Shown one piece after another: positions 1 to 12,851 of a stretch of DNA of 64,000 nucleotides. A model generated the notes under the pieces. That model saw nothing but the letters and a program-made list of their open reading frames with translations. It was not told where the DNA came from and did not search any database. Within the stretch, counting starts at the first letter, position 1, and the number at the start of each line of letters is the position of its first letter. Source of the stretch: Hamiltosporidium tvaerminnensis FI-OER-3-3 (Eukaryota > Fungi > Microsporidia); the NCBI GenBank assembly GCA_022605425.2, contig CM061247.1:1488001-1552000 (forward strand), in the 5' to 3' direction. A program made the translations under genes and the position numbers.

Positions 1-1640
1 TATAGTAATTGATATTTAATAAATTTTTTTTGGGATTCAAGTTTATAGGTAAAATTATTGACTTTCTAGGTTTATATATTGTAAATTAGATTATTATTGT
101 ATTGGCTTATGTGTAATATAGGTTGGTACTTATTTAAATAAGGTGAGCTTAGATACATTACTCTGAAACAAGAAATTGGAATTTCTTGCTTTAATATTAC
201 ACATTAAATTGTGTGTTTTTAAATGGTGAATCTTTGTTTTTTTTGGTACGAACGAACTTTAACCCTTTATCACTGTGGGATTGATATATAGAGTTTACTA
301 TTTGAGAAGAAATGATTATTTAAATAATTAAAAAGTTTGCTGATTGTTTTTTAGTGTAAATCTTAGTGTGAGGAGAAAGCGTAAATGTTTAAGTTTCTTT
401 TTTCTTTAGTTTTTTTGGAACTATTTGGGTGTGTGGTAACAGTACTGTTGTTTTTTTTTGAATTTGGCATTGAAAATTGAGGTGGTTTGGTATTTTTCAT
501 AAGTTTTTTAACAAAAAATATGTGGTTTACTTGTTGAGATGGATTGATGCTTCGAAAGGAAGTGACAACTTTTTGGTTTATAATTCTAAAAAAGAATGAA
601 TTTTGTGATTGATACATGCTTTTAATAATTCTGTTTGGTGATTTACAACTTAGTCTTGATTTATAATAGTACAGTTTTACTTATAATGTTGTTGTTTTAT
701 TTCTTCATTTTACTTTTGGTTTTTGAAATCTGTATTTTTAAATTATTGTTTTTTTTTCTAAGGATGATGGTAAATAGCACGTGCACTGAGTCACTGTGGT
801 TCTTTATCAATTAAAAAGATATTTTAGAGAATGTTTTGTGTTTAATTATATTTGTTTGATGAAGATTTGATAATTAGTAAAAATCGGTAATATATTTTCA
901 TACCAGGTTTGATACTTATATTTGTTTTGTGAAACGTTTGAAGAATGCATCAGTTTATATTTAAAGATATATATTTGTTTTCGAAGTAATTTTTTTACAT
1001 TCGAAATAAAATCGAGGATTTAAAGTTTCTATTTAAGTTATTAATTGGCGTTGAACTTGGAATAAATCGTAGAATTTACAAAATCTCTAAGTAATAATTT
1101 CATGTACTCAAATCCTAGTAGATTTATTCTCATATCTTTTAGTCTATGACTAAGCACTTCCAATACGTTTTAGTGGCTTTGTCTTTTTTAATAACTTTAC
1201 ATCTTTACAAGACTCTTCATTCCAGAATTTACAATTATATTACATCCTATGTTTTACTGGCTTGTAAATTCAAATATAAGTAAATTAAAATTTAAAAGTG
1301 TTTCCACGATTATAGAATACTGAGAAAGAGGAGAGTTTAAGATTTTAAATCCTTTTCATCTCTTAAATCTTACCTTTATTTAATAATCTTGCTTAAACCA
1401 GTATAACCTCTCCTTTATTTACTTCTATATTACCACCTTTTAACTTATTAATCTTTTTATTCACACTCTTTTATTTACTACTAAGTGTAGTAACACCCTT
1501 TAGTTTACAAATGATTGTAGTAACACCCTTTAATTTTGAAGTAATAAATTGTTACTTTTGTATCAGTATACGCCTATTAACACTTTTTAATAAAAATCCA
1601 TCACAAGCCTCTTCAGTAAAAATACCTTTACATAGTAAAT

Positions 1641-1712
1641 AGCATTACGATCTATTATGAATTCTAGTCTCATTTACTATCAACTTTCAACTTTCAAGAT
1701 CAAGGGATTTGC
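1641..1712 (-). mobile_element. Decayed 3' tail of an RTE-clade LINE or RTE-derived SINE
   Basis: Minus strand reads cttgatc...atagtaaatgagactagaattcataatagatcgtaatgc. This matches the RTE 3' end at 8590-8660 (cttgatcg...atagtaaatgagactaaggctcttcacgatacttaatgcc). Confidence 0.4.
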
Positions 1713-2099
1713 ATATCATTAGTCTATACTAAGAAGCAAGTGTCTCTAAACTTTTAGTTCGCGAGTTCACATTGATTTCTATAAAGAGTCTCGATGGAAG
1801 AGAACTCATTATATTTTATACGAAGTAGTGAAAAGTATTTTCAAATGTTTAATTTTAATACTTGAATTGAATGTTTCATATAAATATAAAAATGATTTAA
1901 AAGTACTTTAACAATATTTTTAAAGAAATTATTTAAATATATTATGGAATTCTATATAAAACATATGGCCGTGCAATTAAATCACATTCATATTTTTCTC
2001 TGGATTATATTTCTGTATTTGACTCTACTTATTTATGTGAAGAAACATTCTTTAAAAATAAATATTTAAAATATTTACGGATCTAACTTATCAGATAGA

Positions 2100-2335
2100 G
2101 TGGAGAGGAGATAACCACATTAAAAACATCTGATTGGCAATGAGTGACCGAAGTTTTTGTTAAAATTATTGTTGACATTTTGATGGATTATAAATCATAT
2201 CGGATCTATAGGCATTCCATATGATACTAAGTTAAAACATATTAAAAGAAGTAATTAGAAAATTTTCAGTTGTTGATCCTTGACACCGAAAGGTAAAAAA
2301 GGGATGTAATTGTATGTAAGTTATTCTCAAATAAA
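2100..2335 (+). mobile_element. Family B short interspersed element, copy 1
   Basis: Starts gtggagaggagataaccacattaaaaac, ends ...gacaccgaaaggtaaaaaagggatg plus an A-rich tail. Colinear with copies at 28440, 37990 and 47595. Confidence 0.75.
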
Positions 2336-3450
2336 CCTTCTAAGTCATTTTTGAAAATTTCATTCGTAAATTTAACTAAAATAAAACAATTCATTTTTGA
2401 CAAATCTTAATTTCGTCAATTACATTAATAATAGATTTTAAAACAAATTTTGTTATTTCCTTTTAGTTTCTTTAGATAAAATAATACAAAAATATGAATT
2501 AGGATGTAAAAAAATGTTAAAAACAAACTAAATTTTCTTTGTATTATAAACTCTGACCAAAAATTATCTTTAAGTCTAATTTTTTGTATAATTTATTTAC
2601 CTCCATACATTTTTTTCTGATTAAAAAATAACGACTTTACAAAAAAAAATGTGGTGAGCCAGATAAAAATATTATAAAGTTAGACAAAATATATCTGCGG
2701 ATAGTTGCATATAGATATTTTGGCTATCCGCGGGTTAATGAGATATTATTTTAGTAACATCTTTTCATCTAATTTTTGGGCGCTTGGAAGTACTTCGATT
2801 TTCAAAATTGAACATAAAGCTTTTAAATAGCTTTGCTTTTTAGTATTCCCGAAGAATAATCAGTTTTTGGAATTTGTTAGTTCAAATTCCTTACCAATTC
2901 TGTATTTCAATATAAATTTTGAACTTAAAGTTATTACAAATTATCCTGTCTCATTATTGTGTTTCTTGTTGAAGCGTATATCTCACCTAAAATCTTTCAT
3001 TCTATTGTGCCTAAAATATTTTAATTTTATTTTGTCAATAGCCTTGGTTTACGGCTGTAGATAACCATAAGTCCAAAAAAACACCTGTAAATAACAAGTC
3101 AAATCTTGAATTACATTATGGATCTCTTTATAATAAAATTTACTTTTTTAATGACGAGAAAATAAACATATGCATTTATAAAATTATCTAGATATAGATA
3201 AAATATGAAAGTAAGCAGTAAATTACCGTTTAATAAACCTTTTATCTTAAACCTATGACTCAAAATTTACCTTTTTAGTTAAAAAATGCGATACTCAACC
3301 CATCAGATAATCTAATATGAAATGAGAAGACTTTACAATTAATCATGAAATTTTAAGCTACTTTTTCAAATAATATACATTCGTATGTTTTTTTAGGGAT
3401 TTTAGATTTTCGAAATAAAAAAAATCTAATACATTTGTCCAATCAAAAAT

Positions 3451-3682
3451 ATCCCCACTATGCCTGGAGCAAAATGGACCTGGAGTATTTACTAGTTGTT
3501 GTATGAGGTGCTTAAAAGGAATTGGACTACAGGATCGGATTTGCGCATATAGCTAACAGCCTACCCGTTTAAAACCACTTTGTTGGGAAACCCGAAGTTA
3601 ATAAACCTACTTGTAAAGAGACCGGTACGCAGTATTACATAAGGCTGTCAAGGCTCTTAAGAGCTGTAGTGTTGATGATGAG
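3451..3682 (+). mobile_element. RTE-derived bipartite SINE, copy 1
   Basis: Colinear with 42861-43100 and 21291-21524. Contains an RTE 5'-UTR-like gctaacagcctacccgtttaaaa and an RTE-like tail aaggctcttaagagctgtagtgttgatgatgag. Confidence 0.7.
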
Positions 3683-5868
3683 TTAAAAACATATACAGAA
3701 GAAAAGATTGATATTAAAGATTTATAGTGAAGCAAAAATTTCGAAAATTTTATCATCCAAATCGAATGATATCTGAAAAGATGAGTTTTAAAACAACGCG
3801 GTAATATATCATCAAAAATATAAGGTAAACACGGCATATTTTAACAAAATCATTGAATATATACTAGCAGATGATTTAAGCCTAACGCGGGTCATATTTT
3901 TGCTTCTATACATCTTTGTGTAATATTGGCTTTAAGAAATGCACCAGAAAATCACAAGAACATATTTCGGATTTAGCGAGAAGGCACCAAATGTTTTGTT
4001 AAAAGTCAAAGACTTTCAAAATTAACAGCGGATGAAGCGATATGATTCATTGCATATGATAATTGCAAATCGTTTAAAGTGAATTCAGATGAATCTTGCT
4101 GATATGCAGAACTACATAATATATAGTGAAAGCTTTTTTTTAATTTTATACATTCTGAATGGCTTATCTATGTTTTGTTTAAGGTTAATTTACAAGCAAA
4201 GTCGGTGATAGTCCATCGAATACTCTTGAAAATCTTATATTACTCGAGAATGCGTTCGGGATCATACGAAAAGATAATAGAAAAGAATTTATAAACGAAC
4301 GAATAATCAAATATCCGCTAAATAAAAATTTATTATATCACTCTAATATTAAGTAAGTCACGGAATTAAAAACAAATGAGAGACACAATAATCAAATTAT
4401 ACGCTATCTCGCTATAACTCTAATAATATCTCGTATAAAACGAATTGAATGATATATGAGAAACGATAATTTTCAAAATCGAACTCGGTGTAAAACAATT
4501 AAGAAATTCCTATGAAGGCATTGAAAGATCGTATAGGCATGAATGCCGGTAGGTTTGAAATAAATATTCTTTTCTTTAATAATATTCATCAAGCTATGTG
4601 TTGGAGTAGAAAATTCTTGATGAAAAAAGAATATTAAGCTTGCATAACATTCCTAACCATCAAAACCCATGATACAACATTCAAACAAATAATGCAAAAT
4701 ATATTATGACAATTCATAATTGATATTCATTATATCGTATTTTATTTCCAAGCGACGAGTCCATATCCAGGATTCCAACTCTTTGAATAAAAAAAACTAA
4801 AAAAAATACATAAGTAAAACATAAAGTTATTACTTCATGAAGAACAAAAAGATACTAAGCATCTATTATCTATGTAAATGAATATTTTTCAGGCGGTATC
4901 GCTTGTATCTGGCCACTATATGGTTCGTATAAGATGCTATAGTATTCACTTTTTTCGTTTATAGTTTAATCTTGGTAATGTGATACTACTAAAGAGAGAT
5001 TTCGATAGAAATCAAAAGGTAAAATAGTTGGTTTCTATGATGAAAAGCTTCATGTAGTTCTTGCTAGGCGTAGACGATATAGTTTATAATTAAATTGACG
5101 GAATACAGAGAAAATATGACAAAAATACCACTAAAAAGTAATATTAGAATGAAGTATACATATATTAAGCATAGCACGAAGATGAGGTGATTTATTTATA
5201 AAATATATTATTTTTACCTTCAAGAGTACTATTTCAATCTTTTTTTTAACTTAAGCTCTCAGTTATCTTTTTTACTCTTATTACAGTTCTTAGTAATAAT
5301 CGGAAAATTATGAAACAAAGGAAAATAGCTCATGAAAGGAATTGGTGTCATTGGATGGTTTGTATATATCAAAATACTTTCCTACTTTATTTTTACGTTT
5401 GATTGCAATATTTTTTTGGAATCTATTCAATATCAAGGCTTAGAGCTCTAAGTAATTTTTAAACGAGGTCTCTTATGGTTTATTTTAAAAGAATGTCTTC
5501 TTTTCAATCAGTTAAAACTTTTTCTTAAGAAAATAATATTATTAAAATATAGAAAAATTCAAAAGAAAGGCTATAGGAAGTTATGATTTATTTGATATCT
5601 CATCACTTCATTTCTTAGATATCACAGGTCCTTTTCATAATGTTTTTAAACAAATTTAAAGCGTTAATAAATAAAAAGGGAATTATATTGGCTCGACATT
5701 GTATCAATAAATATTTTGGTAAAAAAATGTTTTTTTTATTTTCTAGAACGTTGTAATTAAACAGAAATAGTAAATCTATGAAATTTTGTTCTTTGATAAG
5801 GATGAAATGTTCTTTTTGAATGAATGGACTATTTTTTTTGTATAAATAGATTGCAAGAAATGTACCCT

Positions 5869-7394
5869 ATGAATTGTAGATTGCATTTGAAGCTATTTAT
5901 ACTTTTTATTATGCTCGTAATAAAAATAGACTCTGGAGATACCAGTGAGACAAATAAAGGAAAAAATGTTCAGATTTTAACACATGACATATTGTATTTA
6001 GTAATTCCCCAAAGGATTTACTATCGTACGTAATATATTATTTGCCTATATTTAAAAGTTATTGTGAACTTTTCGTGCCGGTTTTAGTTCATTCGAATGA
6101 TATAATTATAGAAAACGGTCCTAAAAATTCCAAAATCAGAATCTTTAAAAGCAATAAAAATTTAAAATACGATGAATAGGAATTGTGTGAAATTTTTTAT
6201 ACTGAATGTGTAAGATATTTTCCAGATCGATTATATGATTTATTGAATGATATAAATCTTTTTACAGGTTTATCTTCAGAAAAAATCAAAGGTAGTTTAT
6301 CAAATTTAAATGTCTTTGGAAAAGATGAATATTTTATTAACCAGTTAAAAACCCTCAAACAATGGAATAAAAAAAAATTAACGATGAAATCCAACAAACA
6401 AGAAATCGTAAAAATATTTGATGATTTCGCCAAAAATCAAAGAATTTCACAGTTAATATTTTCATTTTTTTGTCTGTATTGGGATTGTTTTCTTTCTCCA
6501 GTGAATGAAATATACAGTATAGAGCCTTCGCGTGTTTTAGAATTATCAAAAAGGCAAAATCGCACATCGGAAAAATATAATAATGATGAATTTTTTAAGA
6601 ATTTGGAACTTATCTATAAAAACAACGAAATGAAATATTCACCGTTTTTCTTTTCGGTGAACAATGTAAGTAGGAAAAATGCATATTATAATAGTTTGTT
6701 AAGTCATGGTATGTGCGCACTTAGAAAACTTATTTACAGAGATTATAAATATCCTTTTGATTTTGAAAGAACATTTTTTAGCCTTTCCTGGACTATAAAG
6801 AATACTGTAAGTCTCGATGCACATCATGAATTTGAAAATACAATTTTTTCAAATATACGTCCTGTTAAATCCGATTCAGAGTCAATCGTTGATCTAAATA
6901 ATTGTCATGAAATAAATTTCAGCATTATACTGGAATCAGAATATTTGATAGCTGTGTTTATTTGCGATTTCATTCAAAATATTATTGATGAAAGTGAATT
7001 TTCTACAATGTTTTCATCAGAAAATTTCAGTAAAAACGAACAGTTAGCTTTGAAAGAAATATATAAACAAATTGAATCCATAGACGAACTCAAACCTTTT
7101 AAAAGTGAAATATCGGGTAGTCTTACGCATTATTTAAATCTTTTTAAAAAAGACGTTCATTTAGTTTTTGCTTTTCGTAAACTCGATGAAAGATTATTTT
7201 CATTCATAGAAGAAGAATCACTGAATTCAGTTGTTTCTGTATTTACAAAACAACACATTCGCGATAAAGTATTCGGTAATCAAAAAATATATAAAATTTT
7301 GTTCGATTTATACAAAAAATACTTAAAAAGATCTGCTGAGAATTCGAAGAAAATAAAATGTGTTAAGAGTATCGACTATATGGATAAAGAATAA
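5869..7394 (+). pseudogene. Lineage-specific secreted-protein family X, copy 1 (5' part disrupted; 6183-7394 open)
   Basis: gtaccctATG start and signal-like MNCRLHLKLFILFIMLV. A frameshift near 5980 plus in-frame TGA and TAG separate it from the 403-aa ORF. Shares SPKDLL, FSIILESEYLIAVFI and KKDVHLVFAFRKLD with copies 2 and 3. Confidence 0.7.
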
Positions 7395-8589
7395 AAAATA
7401 ATAAATGAGTTTTTTGATTAGCACTAAAACTAAATCTAGATATGAATTACTCTATTGTTTTTCTAATTCTTCGAATTTAATTAATTAATTATTAGCCTTC
7501 TTAAAATTTTTAATTTCAATTTTTTTCTCTTGCCATATTTATGTTTCTGCCATTTTATTACTAATTAGTCTAAATTCCCTTCCACTATATTTTCATACGA
7601 AAAGATTTTTGTTAAAAAACCTATTGTTTTGTAACTTAGGTATATTTTTTATATATTCACCAATAAATAATCTTTGAATCAAATATTTCCTCCCTTATTG
7701 TCATGAATACAATGTAAATATAATGAAACAATTGAGCCAAATAATATTTACTTTTTTAACACCGTTACTCGTTATAAATAACGTTTAAAGATCCATTTAT
7801 AGAAATAATCTTGTTGAACAATATTTGCTTAAGTCTTAAAATGAAAGAAAGCTTGATGTTCTATTTCTCTGTGGTTACTTAAACGAAAATCAAAAAGTTA
7901 TTTCAAAAAAACCATTCATAAAAATCAAATATGGCATTGTAAACCATTTAAATCTTTTTTATGTTAATTTAGCAATAAAAGTGACTTCAAAAAAGTATAA
8001 ATAAGACTATCTGTTTTACTTATAAGACTAATTTAAGAAAATTCTTCTGCGAAAGAGAAGCAAAGAAAAGAATAGAAATTTTAGGAACAAGAAAAATATC
8101 AATTTTTGAAAATATTTATTCGCTTTACATTTATATTTTAATAATTTTTATAGTTTGGTCTCGATTTGAACATATTAAGGTTTTAAATAGATATTTTGAT
8201 GGTCTGTATACACATTCTTTCAAAAAATCAATAAATTTATAAAGATTTAAAGGTACAAGCCAAATTTTGTGCAGGTTTACCCCCGTATATTTTTCTATTT
8301 GTAACCAAATTGTTTAGAAAATCTTAAAATACTTGCTTAATAATTGTGTAAATTGTGACAATAAATTATTATGAGTCGAGAGAAATTCGCCTAATTATTT
8401 CCATCGGTAATTAATACAACTTTCGAAGCCAATAAAATTTTTACCACTCCATAATACCAGAGAAACATAAAAATATACAGTATTATGACTATAATACCAT
8501 AATAAGAGATATGTGTTATTGTTAAGTCTGGTTTCTCAAGAAATATAAAATTTGGTTCTAAAAATTAAATTCAATGAGGAACAACTAAC

Positions 8590-8900
8590 TCATGGCATTA
8601 AGTATCGTGAAGAGCCTTAGTCTCATTTACTATAAATGGCCGTATTTCACGATCAAGCGCCTCTCTCTTTCATTGTCTAAACCAACGTACTGAGATCTTT
8701 TTTCATGTCATCTAGCCATCTGATTTTGGAGCGAACAGGACGTCTTCGACCTTCTAGATTAAGAATACACTTTTTTCAATTCTCTTTTCTCTGGGATTTG
8801 TTCAATATGACCCAGCCATAAGAGTCAGATTCTTTTAAATTTTTAACCAATCCTGTATTTCGATATAAATGTTAAAGCCATCACCGACTTACACATTCAA
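8590..8900 (-). mobile_element. 3' end of an RTE-clade non-LTR retrotransposon (decayed)
   Basis: Minus-strand translation LEGRRRPVRSKIRWLDDMKKDL...DREIRPFIVNETKALHDT* resembles the typical RTE C-terminus (GKRPRGRPRKRWLDDVEEDL...DREEWRRIVEEAKAH). Confidence 0.65.
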
Positions 8901-11319
8901 TTTATAACTTAGAATCTTCTAAACAATAGGTATGATTAGATTCTTAACAGATTTTAATAGGCCAGTCACTGAATATATATGTACGTGAATATAAAAATCA
9001 AATATTTTAATAGTTTTCAAGAATTACTGTCTCGCAGTTTTAAATTACTAACAAGATAAAAATTGTGAAGCTTGGCATTCCGATCTAGACTTACGCTAAA
9101 TTGCATACATAAATTAGTATTTTGTGATAAATTATTTAATATAGTAAAATTGTATAAAAGAGATTTGGTTTATTTTTAAAAATATTTACAAAATCTGTAA
9201 ATCTTATAAATCAACAAAAGGCGTTTAAACAAATATTCTATTGGTACAGATTGAATCTTACTCCCAAAATCATTAAATTAAGAGAAAATATTAATAGCAT
9301 TTGATTAATATTCTGAAATATACAAAAATCCAAGTTTGTTGAACCTTTTTTGATTTTCATGGGAAAATCATCTATGAGTTAGATTTTCAATCATATTTAA
9401 AACTTTCGATTGATAATGCTATAAAATTCTAAAAAAGCAAATAAATATAAAAAAAGTGATAAAAATATCAGAAATAGAATATTTCGATGGAGTGCCGATT
9501 TTCAGACTAAATAAATATGTTTATAGTAAATTTTCTTAAGCATATTAATCCTTTTTTTTGAAAGTATAATAGAAAAAACTCATTCCACTGTTCGTATTCA
9601 AACCTTAGAATGAAAATTTCAATAGAATAATTGCTGATATTTAGACTTTATTTGTCTTATTATAAAACTTCTGGTATGGAAATATATACATTTTTAATTT
9701 TCACATTATATTTAATATTTTACTGTGATATTTTCATTTTTTTGCCTAGGACTCTAAGTCGTGGAAAAACGCCAGAATACAGACTTTCACAAAAATTATT
9801 TGAAAAGACTTTATAAAAGTTAAATAAATCGTTTTCCGTATTGCCTTTTTTATTTTTTTGCAAGTTTTCTTACTTTAAATTACGCATTTGTTTTTCATAT
9901 TATTCAGCCTTTCCTTTTATTATAGATTCTTGTTAGAATTTAAAATTGGAGTAAAAAGTGAACTGCAGACGATTAAAAAGTTTAAAGGTCGTTGAATTAA
10001 ACCATATATATTTCTCTGCAATCAATTTAATTTCATTTTTAAATTTTTAATATTTCCTATTTTTTTCTAATTTTGCTTTTCTTTCCTTTTTCAGCGCTTA
10101 ATATAGCAAAGAATCCAAATATCAAACTTAAAAAACAGTAAATGTTTAAATAAGGCAAAGAAAACCAAACTAGCGCTTAAATAATTTTTTATTTCTGATA
10201 ATTTGTAGTATTATTTTCAATTTCATACTTTTATAGTTTATATTTAAGTCTCTTATTTTCCCTAAACGAAGTTTTAATTTCTTTCTAAGGATATAGCATA
10301 TTATTTTATTTAAACCTTATCAGATATAAAAGTTAAGGATGGCTGCTGGATCTTATTTCTTCTTGCTTGGGATAAAATTCAACATTATGAAGAGAAGGGA
10401 ATATATAAAAGGGGCTATGTTTTAAAGCTTAATTCTGAATTCTGAATTTTTCGTTTTGGTAATTTTTTTTCATGAAACGATTTAAAAATATTCGTTTTTC
10501 AAATGGTAATAATAGGTATAAGAATAGAGAGTCGGGAAAAAACTGGATATAGAAAATATGTCCCCAGAAACCGAAGAGATGAATATAAGAGCCATTACAT
10601 AGTATATAAGATTATAGAGTCTGTCTGAAAATGTTTGTCTTTATACGATTAAAATAGAAAACACCGAGGTCTGTAATTAAAAAAGATAATATATATCGGT
10701 TTGGGCTAATAACTCTGATTTTACTAACTCATCAAGAATATACAAAAATACATAGCATACACAAGCGGTATTTTATGATTCTGGCTTGGATAGATCCGAA
10801 AAAAGAGCAGATAATGAACTATAACAACCTGTAATTATAAAGAAGCTTGTTAGCGTATAGGCTTCATATTTTTTGCAGTACAGCTAATATTTAAAATTTT
10901 GCTTAAAGAGAGCAAATAGTCGCAAATAAAGTTACATTATGAAATTTACGTTTAAATTTATATTAAGTTTGTAAAATTTACACTACAATTTCTCTTGAAT
11001 CGACTAAAACAGTTTGTGTCGAGTGATAGTAAATTATAATTATTAAAAGCATAAAAAATATTCAAAATAAACAGAGAGACCCTAAGAGTACCAATATTTA
11101 CTATACATACTACCAAGAGCAGAAATAAATTCCAAATAAATAGCGAATTTAATAAATTTTATATTAAAGGAAATTACCGAAGCAAAAGATTAACTAAAAT
11201 TTAAAAAGAGGCAAATATAACGAAATTATAAATATTGAGGAGAATTATAAAATATCAAGAAACTCAAGTAGAATAAATCATGTATTAAATATATCTATTA
11301 AAGCAAAAAAACTTTTAAT

Positions 11320-12851
11320 TTATTGTAAATCAATAAAAGCGATGCTCTTAACACATTTGATTTTTTTTTTTAAATTCTCAGTTGATGTCTTTAAGTATTT
11401 TTTGTATAAATCGAAAAAAACTTTAAATATTTATTGATTCTGAAATATTTCATTACAAATTGATTCATTAGTAGCCTTGGAAACAAAAGACTTGAGTATT
11501 TCGTTTTTTATGAACGAAAATAATCTTTCGTCTAGTTTACGAAAAGCAAAAACTACACGAACATCTTTTTTTAAAAGATTTAAATATTGCGTAAGACTAC
11601 CCGATATTTCACTTTTAAACGGCTCGAGTTCCTCGATAGATTCAATTTGTTTATATATGCGCTTCAAAGCCAACTGTTCGTTTTTACTGAAATTTTCCGA
11701 AGAAAACATTTGTAAAAAATTAGTTTCACCAATTTTTTTGATCAAATCTCTGATAAATACAGATATCAAATATTCTGACTCAAGTATAATACTGAATTTT
11801 ATTTCATCACAATTATTTAGAGAATCGATAAATTCGGATTCTAAACACGATCCAAATCTGCCGTTAGCTGCAAAAATGTTTTTTGAGAGTTCGTGGTTAT
11901 ATTCATGAACAAAATGTTTTTTTTAACCCGAGAAATCATAAATGAAGTTCTATCAAAGTCGAAAGAAAATGTATAATCTTTGCAAATAATTTTTCTGAGT
12001 GCCGAAGACCATTCCCCAATAATTCAATGTGTTCTGATATAAAATTTTCAATTTTTCTAAATATGAGCCTATTAAATACCTAGACTTACTAAAACCATAA
12101 ATTTGCTTAATATTTTTAAAATAATCATCATGCCTTTCCATGTTTTTACTATATTTTTGTAATCCTGGTGATGCAGAAAGGATTAAATATCGTTTTAAGG
12201 ATATATCATGCTTTATGAAGTGAAAAAAAACATTCGCAAAACAGAAAAAATTGCTCAAAAACAAATTTTGAAATTTTTTCATGTTCGGAAATGTCTTTTA
12301 TAAGCTTTTTGATATCATACTTGTTTTTTTTCATTGTTACTTTCTTTGAATTCCATTGTTTCATTTCCTTTAATTTATTCGTAAAAATCCTATCATTTAG
12401 CTTATTTGCAAAGACTGATATGTCCTCGTTTATTTCCTCAGGCTTTGTATACTTGGACCCTATTACATCTTTAAACATATTATATAATATCATCCTTGAA
12501 AACATCAATATATGCTCTGTAATACATCACACCTAGTTGAAATTCATCGTGTTTTAGGTTTTTGCTACATCTAAACATTGCTTTTTGTAATTTCTCAAGA
12601 CTTTTCTGTATTATCGAAGTATGTGAATCGATTAAAACCTCTCCAAGAAATTTGCAAAAAATTTCAAAATTCGGAATATGATGTATTGCAAAACTTAGTA
12701 AATCTTTGGGGTAATTGCTAAACTTGATGTGTCCTGTGTTTTCACCGGGATATGCGTTACTCTCTGGAATTCTGCTTGTTGCTATACATTCAAGTTTCAA
12801 ATAAATAAAAATGTGAAATAAAAACGTCTGGAAAAAATAACTAAGATTCAT
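11320..12851 (-). pseudogene. Family X copy 2 (several frameshifts)
   Basis: ORF pieces 12480-12851, 12206-12508, 11953-12282 and 11431-11769 tile one ~500-aa homologue of the 6183-7394 protein. It ends IKCVKSIAFIDLQ* and has an N-terminal hydrophobic signal. Confidence 0.75.

Noticed and set aside
1486-1532. 17-bp direct repeat tgtagtaacacccttta with a 30-bp period
   Set aside because: Only two units; a local duplication, not a CRISPR array or an identifiable LTR.
8330-8470. Possible PIF/Harbinger transposase scraps here and at 26310-26580
   Set aside because: Motifs (WSGKK...ITDGK; GD.GY-like) are too short and degenerate to support a call.
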